Assembly (NCBI GenBank): GCA_030390025.1
Contig: JASTWF010000343.1
Span: forward strand, 310,001 to 374,000
Direction of reading: 5' to 3'
Origin: Squalus acanthias
Taxonomy: Eukaryota
Length of the DNA: 64,000 nucleotides
This document shows positions 36,600-48,667 of the stretch, in pieces; position 1 is the stretch's first letter; each line of letters starts with the position of its first letter. Under the pieces are notes generated by a model. It was not told where the DNA came from, searched no databases, and saw only the letters and a list, made by a program, of their open reading frames with translations. The translations under genes were made by a program, and so were the position numbers.

Positions 36600-39500
36600 T
36601 CATAGAATCATAGAATGGTTACAGCACGGAAGGCGGCCATTCGGCCCATCCCGGCTCTCAGCTAGTCCCACTCCCCGCCCTTTCCCCGTAGCCCTGCAAA
36701 TTTTTCTCTGCAGATACTTATCCAATTCCCTTTTGAAAGCCGTGATTGAATCTGCCTCCACCACCCTTTCAGGCAGTGAATTCCAGATCCGAACCAAAGC
36801 TGCGTAAAAAAGTTTTTCCTCATGTCGCCTTTGGTTCTTCTGTCAATCACCTTAAATCTGTGTCCTCTGGTTCTCGACCCTTCCATCAGTGGGAACAGTT
36901 TCTCTCTATCTACTCTGTCCAGAACCCTCGTGATTTTGAATACCTCTATCAAATCTCCTCTCAACCTTCTCTGCTCCAAGGAGAACAACCCCAGCTTCTC
37001 CAGTCTATCCACGTAACTGAAGTCCCTCATTCCTGGAATCATTCTCGTAAATCTTTTCTGCACCATCTCTAAGGCCTTCACATCCTTCCTAAAGTGTGGT
37101 GCTCAGAATTGGACACTGTACTCCAGTTGGGGTTGAACCAGTGTTTTATAAAGGTTCATCATAATTTCCACACTTTTGTACTCTATACCTCTATTTATGA
37201 AGCCCAGGATCCCGTATGCCTTTTTAACTGTTTTCTCAACCTGCCCTGCCACCTTCAACGATTTGTGCACCCCCTTTAGGATTGTACCATTTAGTTTATA
37301 TTGCCTCTCCCCATTCTTTCTACCAAAATGTATCACTTCACACTTTTCTGCGTTAAATTTCATTTACCACGTGTCCGCCCATTTCACCAGCCTGTCTATG
37401 TCTTCCTGAAGTCTATCACTATCCTCCTCACTGTTCACTATACTTCCAAGTTTTGTGTCATCTGCAAATTTTGAAATTGTACACCCACATCCAATTAATA
37501 TATAATCAAGAAAAGCAGTGGTCCTAGAACCGACCCCTGGGGAACACCACTGTATACCTTCCTCCAGTCCGAAAAACAACCGTTCACCACTACTCTCTGT
37601 TTTCTGTCACTTAGCCAATTTCTTATCCATGCTGCCCCTGTCCCTTTTATTTCATGGGCTTCAACTTTGCTGGCAAGTCTATTATGTGGCACTTGTCGAA
37701 CGCCTTCTGGAAATCCATGTACACCACGTTAACCGCACTGCCCTCATCAACCCTCTCTGTTACCTCATCAAAAAACTCAGTCAAGTTAGTTAAACACGAT
37801 TTGTCTTTAACAAATCTGTGCTGGCTTTCCTTAATTAATCCACACCTATCCAAGTGACTGTTAATGTTGTCCCTGATGACTGTTTCTAAAAGCTTCCCCA
37901 CTACCGAGGTCAAACTGACTGGCCTATAGTTGCTGTGTTTATCTTTACACCCTTTTTTGAACAAGGGTGTAACATTTGCAATTCTCCAGTCCTCTGGCAC
38001 CATCCCCGTATCTAAGGAGGATTGGAATATTATGGCCAGTACCTCCGCGATTTCCTCCCTCAATTCCCTCAGCATCCCAGGATGCATCCCATCTGCTCCT
38101 GGTGATTTATCTACTTTAAGTACAGCCAGCCTTTCTAATACCTCCTCTTTATCAATTTTTATCCTATCAAGTGTCTCCACTACCTCCTCCTTCACTATGT
38201 CTATGGCAGCATCCTCTTCCTTGGTGAAGACAGATGCAAAGTACTCATTTAGTACCTCAGCCATGCCCTCTGCCTCCATGCATAGGTCTCCCTTTTGGTC
38301 CCTAATCGGCCCCACCCCTTTTACTATTTAAATGCCTATAAAAGGCTTTTGGATTACCTTTTATAGTGGCTGCCATTCTATTCTCATACCCTCGCTTTGC
38401 CCCTCTTATTTTCTTTTTCACTTCTCCTCTGACCTTTTTATATATAGCCTGATTCTCAGTTCTATTTGTAACCTGACATCTGTCATACGCACTCTTTTTC
38501 TGCGTCATCATATTCTCGAACTCTTACATCATCCAGGGAGCCCTGCCTTTCCCCCTAGTGGGAATGTACCTCAACTGTACCTGAACTATTTCCTCTTTAA
38601 AGGCAGCCCATTGTTCCATTACAGTTTTGCCTGCCAATCTTTGATTCCAGTTTACCCGGGCCAGATCCATTCTCATCCCACTGAAATTGGCCTTCCCCCA
38701 GTTAAACATTTTTACTCCAGATTGCTCCCTGTCCTTTTCCATAGCTAATCTAAACCTTATGATACTATGATCACTGTTCCCTAAATGTTCCCCGACTGAC
38801 ACTTGCTCCACCTCATTCCCCAGAACCAGATCCAGCAATGCCTCCACCCTCATCAGGCCGGAAACATACTGATCAAGAAAGTTCTCCTGAACACACTTCA
38901 GAAATTCTTCCCCTTCTCTGCCCTTAACACTATTACTATCCCAGTCTATATTAGGATAGTTGAAATCCCCCATTATCGCTACTCTATAGTTCTTGCACCT
39001 TTCTGTAATTTCTCTGCAAATTTGCTCCTCCATATCTTTCCCACTATTTGGTGGTCTATAGAATACACCTAGTAGTGTAATGGCACCTCTATTATTTCTT
39101 AACTCTCGCCATATAGATTCTGTCCTTGACCCCTCCAGGACATCCTCCCTCTCCAGCACTGTAACATTCTCCTTGACCAATACTGCCACACCACCTCCGA
39201 CCTTTCCTTCCCTATCTTTCCTGAACAATCTATAACCAGGAATATTTAATACCCAATCCTGCCCTTTTTTGAGCCAGGTCTCAGTTAATGCCACATCATC
39301 ATATTACCATGTGGCTATTTGTGCCTGCAGCTCACTGACCTTGTTTACTACGCTTCGTGCGTTCACATACAGACACTGTAAACCCATCTTAGACCATCCT
39401 GCATTCTCTCTTAGTTTGACCCCACCAAATACCTCACTATATCTTACTTTAGTGCTCTCTGCCTCTCCCAATCCTGTGAGCACTTTACTTCCCCTTTCTA

Positions 39501-39912
39501 ATGTTTCATCCTGGTGCCCATCCCCCTGACAAATTAGTTTAAACCCTCCCCAACAGCACCAGCAAACCTCCCCGTGAGGATATTGGTTCCGGCCCTGTTG
39601 AGGTGCAAGCCTTCGGGCCTATACAGGTCCCACCTCCCCCAGAACCAGTCCCAATGCCTCAGGAATCTAAAGCCCTCCCTTCTGCACCTTCTCTCCAGCC
39701 ACACATTCATCTGCTCTATCCTCCTATTTCTACACCCACGAGCGTGTGGCACCGGGAGTAATCCGGAGATTACTACCTTTGAGATCGTGCTTTTTAATCT
39801 CTCCTAGCTCCCTAAAATCTGCCTGCAGGACCTCATCCCTCTTTCTACCTATGTCGTTGGTACTGATATGGACCACGACCTCTGGCTGTTCACCCTCGCC
39901 CCTCAGAATGTT
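36600..39912 (-). mobile_element. CR1 LINE, ORF1 end through ORF2 and 3' UTR, disabled
   Basis: HISTND, ALTETWL..YRPPNS..MGDFNYP..GNSDHS, ANVTPLFKKG..NYRPVSLTS, FADDTK. Confidence 0.93.
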
Positions 39913-40082
39913 CAGGGCCCGGGGCCAGGGGAGGCTGTGGGCCTTTATTCCCCTTATTGGGCACAAGGCTCTTTGTTTCACAACATACTGTCTCAGATTT
40001 TAAAGATGTTTCATTCACCAGAAAAAGATGAAGTACAACATTAAATAAATCTGCAATGAAAAGTTTGTATCAGTTTGTATCA

Positions 40083-40511
40083 GGGCAATACGGTGGCATA
40101 GTGGTTAGCACTGGTGCCTCACAGTGCCAGGGACCCGGGTTCGAATCTGACCTCGGGTGACTGTCTGTGTGGAGTTTGCACATTCTCCCCGTGTCTGCGT
40201 GGGTTTCCTCCGGGTGCTCCGGTTTCCTCCCACAGTCCAAAAATGAGCGGGTTAGGTTGATTTGGCTATGATAAATTGACCCTTAGTGTTAGGGGGGATT
40301 AAATATGTGGGGTTATGGGGATAGGATGGGATATGTTAGGGGGAATTAAATACATGGGGTTACGGGGGTAGGGTGGGATATGTGTATTGTGGGGATTAAA
40401 GCAGGGATAGGGTACTGGATTTGGATGATCAGCCATGATCGTATTGAATGGTGGAGCAGGCTCGACGGGCCGAATGGCCTACTCCTGCTCCTAGATTCTA
40501 TGTTTCTATGT
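40083..40511 (+). mobile_element. HE1-type tRNA-derived V-SINE with CR1-derived tail
   Basis: A box TGGCATAGTGG, B box GGTTCGAATC, V-domain TGTGTGGAGTTTGCACATTCTCCCCGTGTCTGCGTGGGTTTCCTCCGGGTGCTCCGGTTTCCTCCCAC; tail resembles the CR1 3' end at 53500-53607. Confidence 0.9.
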
Positions 40512-40512
40512 A

Positions 40513-40787
40513 ATGGTGACCATGAAACGATCGGATTGTCGTAAAAACCCAACTGGTTCACTAATGTCCTTTAGGGAAGGAAATCTGCCGTCCTTACCTG
40601 GCCCGGCCTATCGGTGACTCCAGACCCACAGCAATGTGGTTGACTCTTAACTGCTCTCTGAAATGGCCCAGCGAGTCACTCAGTTGTATTCAGAAGGCGG
40701 CTCACCACCACCTTCGAGGGCAATTAGAGATGGGCAATAAATACTGGCCTTGCTGGCGATGCCCACATCCTGTGAATGAATTAAAAA
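40513..40787 (+). mobile_element. Bipartite LINE-derived non-autonomous element
   Basis: 5' part equals the reverse complement of 4710-4840 (LINE leader); 3' part equals 54340-54444 (LINE 3' end). Confidence 0.82.
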
Positions 40788-40804
40788 CACACAGTGGTCA
40801 GCTT

Positions 40805-41198
40805 AAGAACATAAGAATTAGGAGCAGGAGTGGGCCATACGGCCCCTCGAGCCTGCTCCACCATTCAATAAGATCATGGCTGATCATCGACCTCAACTCC
40901 ACTTTCCTGCCCGATCTCCATATCCCTTGATTCCCCTAGAGTCCGAAAATCTATCTCAGCCTTGAATATACTCAACGATTCAGCATCCACAGCCCTTTGG
41001 GGCAGAGAATTCCAAAGATTCACAACCCTCTGAGTGAAGAAGTTTCTCCTCATCTGTCTTACATGGCTGACCCTTATCCTGAGACTGTGCCCCCTAGTTC
41101 TGGACTCTCCAGCCGGGGGAAACAACCTATCAGGATCTACCCTGTCAATCCCACTCAGAGTCTTATACGTTTCAATGAGATCACCTCTCATTCTTCCA
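40805..41198 (-). mobile_element. CR1 3' end
   Basis: RMRGDLIETYK..RRNFFTQRVVNLWNSLP and a TTCTTATG tail. Confidence 0.9.
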
Positions 41199-41380
41199 AG
41201 TCCCATCAAACACTCCCAGGGCAGGGACAGCAGGGATTAAATACAGAGTAAAGCTCCCTCTACACTGTCCCATCAAACACTCCCAGGGCAGGTACAGCAC
41301 GGGTTAGATACAGAGTAAAGCTCCCTCTGCACTGTCCCATCAAACACTCCCGGGGCAGGTACAGTACGGATTAGATACAG
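41199..41380. repeat. 67-bp tandem repeat (~2.7 copies)
   Basis: Same unit as 33637-34079. Confidence 0.9.
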
Positions 41381-41815
41381 TCACTGACACCAATCTCCTC
41401 CTGTCTGATATCAACCAACCCCACAGTCACTGACACCAATCTCCTCCTGTCTGATATAAACTCACCCCACAGTCACAGACACCAATCTCCTCCTGTCTGA
41501 TATAAACCAGCCCCACAGTCACTGACACCAATCTCTTCCTGTCTGATATAAACCAACCCCACAGTCCCTGACACCAATCTCCTCCTGTCTGATATAAACC
41601 AACCCCACAGTCCCTGACACCAATCTCCTCCTGTCTGATATAAACCAATCCACAGTCACTGACACCAATCTCCTCCTGTCTGATATAAACCAACCCCACA
41701 GTCACTGACACCAATCTCCTCCTGTCTGATATAAACCAACCCCACAGTCACTGACACCAATCTCCTCCTGTCTGATATAAACCAGCCCCACAGTCACTGA
41801 CACCAATCTCCTCCT
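41377..41815. repeat. 46-bp minisatellite (~9.5 copies; last unit completed at 43008-43036)
   Basis: ACAGTCACTGACACCAATCTCCTCCTGTCTGATATAAACCAACCCC; interrupted by a CR1 with CTCCT on both sides. Confidence 0.93.
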
Positions 41816-43007
41816 AATAAGAACATAATAATTAGGAGCAGGAATAGGCCACTTGGCCCCTCGAGCCTGCTCCGCCATTCAATAAGATCATGGCTGATCT
41901 TGGGCTCAAAGCCACTTCCCCAGCCGCTCCCCCATAACCCTTCACTCCCTTAACTTGCAAAAATCTGTCTATCTCCACCTTAAATGTATTTAATGACCCA
42001 GCCTCCACAGCTCTCTGGGGCAGAGAATTCCACAGATTTACGATCCACTGGGAGAAGAAATTCCTCCTCATCTCAGTTCTAAAAGGGCAACCCCTTATTC
42101 TAAAACTGTGCCCCCGAGTTCTAGATTTCCCCACGAGGGGAAACATCCTCTCTGCATCTACCTTGTCGAGCCCCCTCAGTGTCTTATATGTTTCAATAAG
42201 ATCACCTCTCATTCTTCTAAATTCCAATGAGTATAGGCCCAGCCTGCTCAACCTTTCCTCATAAGACAACCCCCTCATCTCTGGAATTAACCTCGTGAAT
42301 CTTCTCTGAACTGCCTCCAATGCAAGTATATCCTTCCTTAAATAAGGAGACCAAAACTGTACGCAGTACTCCAGGTATGGTCTCACCAATACCCTGTACA
42401 GTTGTAGCAGGACTTCCCTGCTTTTATCCTCCAACCCCCTTGCAATAAAGGCCAACATTCCATTTGCCTTTTTGATTACTTGCTGTCCCTGCATGACAAC
42501 TTTTTGTGTTTCATGCACAAGGACCCCCAGGTCCCACTGAACTGCAGCATTTTGTAATCTCTCTCCATTTAAATAATAATTTGCTTTTTTATTTTTCCTG
42601 CCAAAGTGGATAACCTCGCACTTTCCCACATTATACTCCATCTGCCAAATGTTTGCCCACTCACTTAGCCTGTCTATATCCCTTTGCAGGTTCATTGAGT
42701 CCTCTGCACAACTTGCTTTCCTGCCCATCTTTGTATCATCCGCAAACTTGGCTACATTACACTCGGTCCCTTCATCCAAGTCATTAATATAGATTGTAAA
42801 TAGTTGAGGCCCCAACACCGATCCCTGTGGCACCCCACTAGTTACTGTTTGCCTACCGGAAAATGAAACATTTATCCCGACTCTCTGCTTTCTGTTAGTT
42901 AGCCAATTCTCTATCCATGCTAATATATTACCCTCAATTCCGTGAGGTCTTATCTTATGCAGTAACCTTTTATGTGGCACCTTATCGAATGCCTTCTGGA
43001 AATCCAG
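41816..43007 (-). mobile_element. Young 5'-truncated CR1 (open ~390-codon RT C-terminal frame)
   Basis: LDFQKAFDKVPH..GVPQGSVLGP..KFADDTK..WNSLP with no stops. Confidence 0.93.
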
Positions 43008-43522
43008 CTCCTGTCTGATATAAACTGATCCCACAGGCCCAGAACGATTAAACTCAGCCCGTTATTTGGATTGGACTGGTCTCCATTCCCGTGCCGAGGG
43101 GATTGCTGTACCAGACGGGAGGAGCAACATTTGGGGATTCTCGATTCTCCACCAATTCTCATTCCCCTTCTTTCTGGTGGATAATGGAGGTGCCACTGTG
43201 TGTAATGTGCAAGTCAGTAAGAATTGTCAGCGAGGATTAATCAGCACTTTCTAATTGGAGATGTTAATCAGTGGAACTTTTCAGACAATAAATTGTAGAT
43301 TTTGTACCAAAGGTCAATTTAGGGTTAAAGTAAAATTCATAATTTTGTCAAATAATTTCTTATGAAAGTCCTGAATTAAGGGGAAAGGCCACAGACAGCA
43401 GTTCTTAAAGGGACACTGCAGCCCCAACAAGTCAATCAGCTATGTATCCAGAATATTAACCCTTTAACTGGGCTGGGGTTTATTAACATCAGCAGAAACA
43501 AACGCCAACTGTCAGAATGATT

Positions 43523-44193
43523 TCAGTCCTGGATGTGATTAACAGCAGCAATAACATCAGAATCCAACTCCTGCAGTCGCTTGTGAACTCGCTGGTGTCT
43601 CAGCAGGTTGGATGATCGAAAGAAACCCATCCCACACACGGAGCAGGTGAACGGCCTCTCCCCAGTGTGAACTCGCCGGTGTCTCAGCAGGTTGGATGAC
43701 TGTGCGAATCCCTTTCCACACACGGAGCAGGTGAACGGCCTCTCCCCGCTGTGACTGCGTCGATGAGTTTCCAGGTGGGATGGGGAACTGAATCCCTTCC
43801 CACAGTCCCCACATTCCCACGGTTTCTCCGTGGTGCGGGTGTCCTTGTGTCTCTCCTGGTTGGACGATCAGTTGAAGCCTCGTCCACACACAGAACACGT
43901 GTACGGTTTCTCCCCGCTGTGAATGGTGCGATGTTTTTTCAGGCTGTGTAACTGGTTAAAGCTCTTTCCACAGTCAGTGCACTGGAACACTCTCACTCGG
44001 GTGTGTGTGTCTCAGTGCTTTTCCAGTCACACTGATCTTTGAAATCTTTTCCCACAGACAGAACAGACAAACATTTCTCCTTCCACATTCAAAGGCTGAT
44101 GATATTCAGGTCCTGATGAATTGAGTGACTCTCAGATCTTGACGTGATGTTTGGTTAGAGTTTCCCGTCTGTAAATCCTCCCCTTCTAATAGC
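43523..44193 (-). pseudogene. C2H2 zinc-finger exon: 3 intact fingers (43523-43831) preceded by 3 fingers carrying or flanked by in-frame stops; no in-frame ATG before the intact fingers
   Basis: Acceptor ctccttttacAG at 44194-44195; [49 protein letters not shown]; in-frame TGA codons upstream; ACG-GAG-AAA-CCG at 43831. Confidence 0.8.
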
Positions 44194-45027
44194 CTGTAAA
44201 AGGAGTTTACAAAAGTCATCATTGTAAGTACAGGATAGAAATTCAGAACAGACAATTCTAGTTTCTATACAATGTTCCTTCACACGTGGGGATTCTAACC
44301 CTGGGACTGTACATGGTGATCACTAAACACAAAACCCAGACTGTTAATCATTTTCAGCTACTGGACTTAGCATGTGTCCCACAGCATCTCTCTCACTTTT
44401 AATGTGTGAATAGAGCATCACGCCTGCAAACCTGGTTTTAAATTTAAATTCACTCACCAAATGTATTTAACAAAAGATGAACAAGTAAACCCGTCACAGC
44501 TCACTAATCCAGCTCGACATTCACAGGAGGAAGCCTGTTATCGAACTCCTCAAGTGGATGAAATAAAGAAAGATCCCAAATGTAGGAGTCCCTCGAATCC
44601 TTTGTAAAGACCTTTCAAATCCTGACCGGTTCCTTCCTTATTCTAGAATTCCCCATCCCTGTGGGAGTCGATATTGGTCAAAAACTGCTCATTGGACATT
44701 TTTAACCGATTTTTCAGCTGTTTCAAGCAGACCAGGTCCTTCACTCAGAGAATCTCCAAGGAGACTCTTTGATTTAAACACAGCTCTCCCCTCTTTTATA
44801 TCCGGGATTAGATTACTGGGAATTTGAATACCTGACCACTCAAATTTAAAAGGGCCCGTCAGTGATACACAGACTGAACCAATCACACAGCTCTGGGTCA
44901 GTTTGAATGATTCCTCTCTCCAGCCTGTAACCGATGAAACTTGTAACATTGAGGCTGAAATTCCACTTCCGGGTGCCGGATTCCAGCCCTGGGACTGTAC
45001 ATGGGGATTCCAACCCTGGAACCGGGG

Positions 45028-45443
45028 GTGTTTTAATAATGGGGCCTGGGGCCGCACTCGGGGTGTGTGCAGCCCGCGTCCCCCCGGGGTTTATTAACCC
45101 GCTCCCTGAGCTCTCTCACCTGATGTGTCAGCGGCTGCTGCCAAGGTCCGCGCATGCTCAGCTCACCTTCTGTTGTTCAGGTTTAAAGGTCAAGCCCCGC
45201 CCCTCACACACTCCGATTGGTTGGAGCACCCGCCGCCCGCTCGGTCCTCCAGTCCCACCCCGCTCTTCCTATTGGTCCGAGCCCCCGTCAATCACCCGGG
45301 CAGTGTGAGCTGAGCATGCGCGGACCTTTGCAGCAGCCGCTGACACATCAGGTGAGAGAGCTCAGGGAGCGGGTTAATAAACCCCGGGGGGACGCGGGCT
45401 GCACACACCCCGAGTGCGGCCCCAGGCCCCATTATTAAAACAC
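45028..45443. promoter_or_regulatory. Mirror-symmetric CpG-island promoter: 139-bp inverted arms around a 138-bp GC-box/CCAAT core
   Basis: Arms 45028-45166 and 45305-45443 (one mismatch), each with GCATGCGC and CAG|GTGAGA. Core has CCCCGCCCC and ATTGG twice. ETS-like ACTTCCGG near 44965. Confidence 0.75.
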
Positions 45444-46409
45444 TCAACATTATCCGCTTCACAAACACCCGGGGGAGGACAGAGAGAGGCAGAGGCTGAG
45501 GCTGCGAGATTCTCAGCTCAACTCGGTGCTGTGTGAACGGGTGAGCGCCACACCCCGGCTGCTTGCGGGGAATGCCGGTGCGGAGGGCCCGGTGCAGAAG
45601 GCCCAAGGTGGAAGACCCGGAGGAGAGTGGCCTGGGCGGGAGGCCCAGCACGGAGAACCCCAGGCGGGGGGCCCAGGGCGGGGCGGCTGGTCGGCAGAGG
45701 TGGAGTCGGGAGATGCGGTTGGTGAGCATTGCTGCACTGGTTCTGAAAGTTGCAGAATGGTCTCGGGCCTGAATGAGTTCCAGCGGCCCAGCATCTGCTC
45801 TGCCTGGCGGCAGCTGTGAGACTTTTTCTTGGTCATGGGACCGGTTTATGCGTCGCCATATTGGTGAAGGAAAGACAAACTGTTTCCATCTGTAATGGGG
45901 CGCGTGAGCGGTTACAAGATGGAAAATGTGAATGGTTAAAAGACGGAAAATAAAAGGAGAGTAAAAGACAGAGCAAAGTAATATCAGTAAGGAATGATGA
46001 GTATTCTTTGATGGTTGGGTCCTGTGAGCAATAACAGCAAGCAGAAGAAGATTTGAGTGTTTGGTCTTTTTACGGGATTTCAGGCAGTGGATGGCTTCTT
46101 TTTCCGTGGAAGGGCTGAAGACTGTGGACAAGGACTATGACTTTACATGGTTCGACAACATCAAATGATATTCGTTAATGGATTGCCAAAAGGACTGGCG
46201 TAGAACTGGTATTTAATTGTTTTGTTGGGAAGGTTTCAGGTTTTCTGTTTGAAAGCAGTTTACTTGAAACTCAATTGATTTTCTGATAAGGACTGTGGGA
46301 ATTTGCACATGGTGATGTATTGGTGGTTATGTAGGAATTTACTTTGAGGTTATTGTCTAGTGTTGGGTGTGGCTGAAAAGATAAAGTAAATTAACATTGG
46401 TAATTTATT

Positions 46410-46875
46410 GAACGAACGGACGCTCGAGTGAACGAACGGACGAACGATTCGAGCGAACGCATTCATGCATATTGGAACTTACACTCGATCGAACGAATGA
46501 TCACTTGTGCAGTGATAGGACGAACGATTCGAGCGAATGCACGCAGGCGTGCACTTAGACTATGCTACGCACGCACGCATTCAGACATACATAATGGAAC
46601 TTACACTCGATCGAACGAACGACCTCTTGGGAGGTAGTGGTCGAACGAACGATTCGAGCGAACACAAGCATGCACATTGGAACTTACACTCGATCGAACG
46701 AATGATCGCGTGGCGAACGATCAGACGAACGATTCAAGCGAACGCACGCAGGCGCGCACTTAGACAACTGATACGCACGCACGCATTCAGACATACATAA
46801 TGGAACTTACGCTCGATCGATCGAACGAACGCTTGAATGAACGAACGAACAATTGAATGAATGATCGAACGAACA
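46410..46875. repeat. CpG-rich (CGAA)n-based compound repeat, ~205-bp period
   Basis: CGAACGATTC(G/A)AGCGAA at 46441, 46521, 46646 and 46726; TGGAACTTAC(A/G)CTCGATCGA four times. Confidence 0.88.
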
Positions 46876-47466
46876 ATGCTAGTAGGACTGGCGTAAAACA
46901 GGTTTTCTTGGTTTATTGGAATAAATGTTATCTGTGGCATTTAATTGGTTTGTGATGGTGCTATGTGTTTGTACACTGGTGTTGAAATGGTTTGTTTAAT
47001 GTGGAGTTAACTGTGAGATTTATTATTTTAAATCTAAAAAGTTGTGTGGTATTGTTTAAGGGTATTTGTACTGTAAACATTATTGATTATTTGTAAAATT
47101 AATCATTGCATTTATATTAACTATAAGGCTGTTTTTAAGGCTTTATGTTTTACTGTGATGGATGAATGTAATGGATTTACTATGTAATTCATGAGTTGTA
47201 TAAGTATTATTGATTTGAATAAAAAGATTCACCCCGAGTGCGGCCCCAGGCCCCATTATTAAAACAGTGAACATTATCCGCTTCACAAACACCCGGGGAG
47301 GACAGAGAGAGAGAGAGAGAGAGAGAGACATGCTGCGAGATTCTCAGCTCAGTGCTGTGTGAACGGGCTGCTCCACACCCCGGCTGCTCGCGGGGAATGC
47401 CGGTGCGGAGGGCCCGGTGCAGAAGGCCCAGGGTGGAAGACCCAGAGGAGAGTGGCCGAGGCGGGA

Positions 47467-48162
47467 GGCCCAGCACGGAGAGCCCCAGGCGGGGGGCCCA
47501 GCACGGAGAGCCCCAGGCGGGGGGCCCAGCACGGAGAGCCCCAGGCGGGGGGCCCAGCACGGAGAGCCCCAGGCGGGGGGCCCAGCACGGAGAGCCCCAG
47601 GCGGGGGGCCCAGCACGGAGAGCCCCAGGCGGGGGGCCCAGCACGGAGAGCCCCAGGCGGGGGGCCCAGCACGGAGAGCCCCAGGCGGGGGGCCCAGCAC
47701 GGAGAGCCCCAGGCGGGGGGCCCAGCACGGAGAGCCCCAGGCGGGGGGCCCAGCACGGAGAGCCCCAGGCGGGGGGCCCAGCACGGAGAGCCCCAGGCGG
47801 GGGGCCCAGCACGGAGAGCCCCAGGCGGGGGGCCCTGCACGGAGAGCCCCAGGCGGGGGGCCCAGCACGGAGAGCCCCAGGCGAGGGGCCCAGCACGGAG
47901 AGCCCCAGGCGGGGGGCCCAGCACGGAGAGCCCCAGGCGGGGGGCCCAGCACGGAGAGCCCCAGGCGGAGAGCCCCTGGCGGGGGGCCCAGGGCGGAGAG
48001 CCCCAGGCGGGGGGCCCAGGGCGGAGAGCCCCAGGCGGGGGGCCCAGCGCGGAGAGCCCCAGGCGGGGGGCCCAGCACGGAGAGCCCCAGGCGGGGGGCC
48101 CAGCGCGGAGAGCCCCAGGCGGGGGGCACAGCACGGAGAGCCCCAGGCGGGGGGCCCAGGGC
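47467..48162. repeat. 28-bp GC-rich VNTR (~25 copies)
   Basis: GGCCCAGCACGGAGAGCCCCAGGCGGGG. Confidence 0.97.
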
Positions 48163-48667
48163 GGGGCGGCTGGTCGGCAGAGGTGGAGTCGGGAGATGCG
48201 GTTGGTGAGCATTGTTGCACTGGTTCTGAAAGTTGCAGAATGGTCTCGGGCCTGAACGAGTTCCAGCGGCCCAGCATCTGCTCTGCCTGGCGGCAGCTGT
48301 GAGGCTTTTTCTTTGTCATGGGACCGGTTTATGCGTCGCCATATTGGTGGCGGAGGAAAGACAAACTGTTTCCATCTGTAGCATGGCGCCTGAGCGGTTA
48401 CAAGATGGAAATGTGAACGGTTAATAGTGGGAAAAAAAGGAAGATAAAAGACAAAACAAAGTAATATCGGAAAGGAATAATGACTATTTGATGGCTGGGT
48501 CCTGTGAGCAGTAACAGCAAGTAGCAGAAAATTTGAGTGTTCGGTCTTTTTTGCGGGATTGAGATAGTGGATGGCTTCTTTTTCGTGGAAAAGCTGAAGA
48601 CTGTGGCCACGGACTATGACATCACATGGTTGGACACAGCGGCGAGGGGCGGACCTGCGAGGGAACA

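Larger units (their letters stand above)
45405..48636. repeat. Direct duplication: 45405-46156 repeated at 47230-48636
   Basis: Colinear similarity from CACCCCGAGTGCGGCCCCAGG to GGACTATGAC..CATGGTT.GACA. Confidence 0.92.

Noticed and set aside
43037..43216. Possible plus-strand exon (cccacAG ... GTAAGA)
   Set aside because: The acceptor derives from a minisatellite unit and no frame gives a recognisable protein.
45292..46131. 279-aa minus-strand ORF
   Set aside because: GC-rich promoter/duplication sequence with no domain, and the frame is not preserved in the second duplicate.
47207..48319. Six long Pro/Gly/Arg-rich ORFs (260-370 aa)
   Set aside because: Artefacts of a stop-free 28-bp VNTR that is open in all frames.
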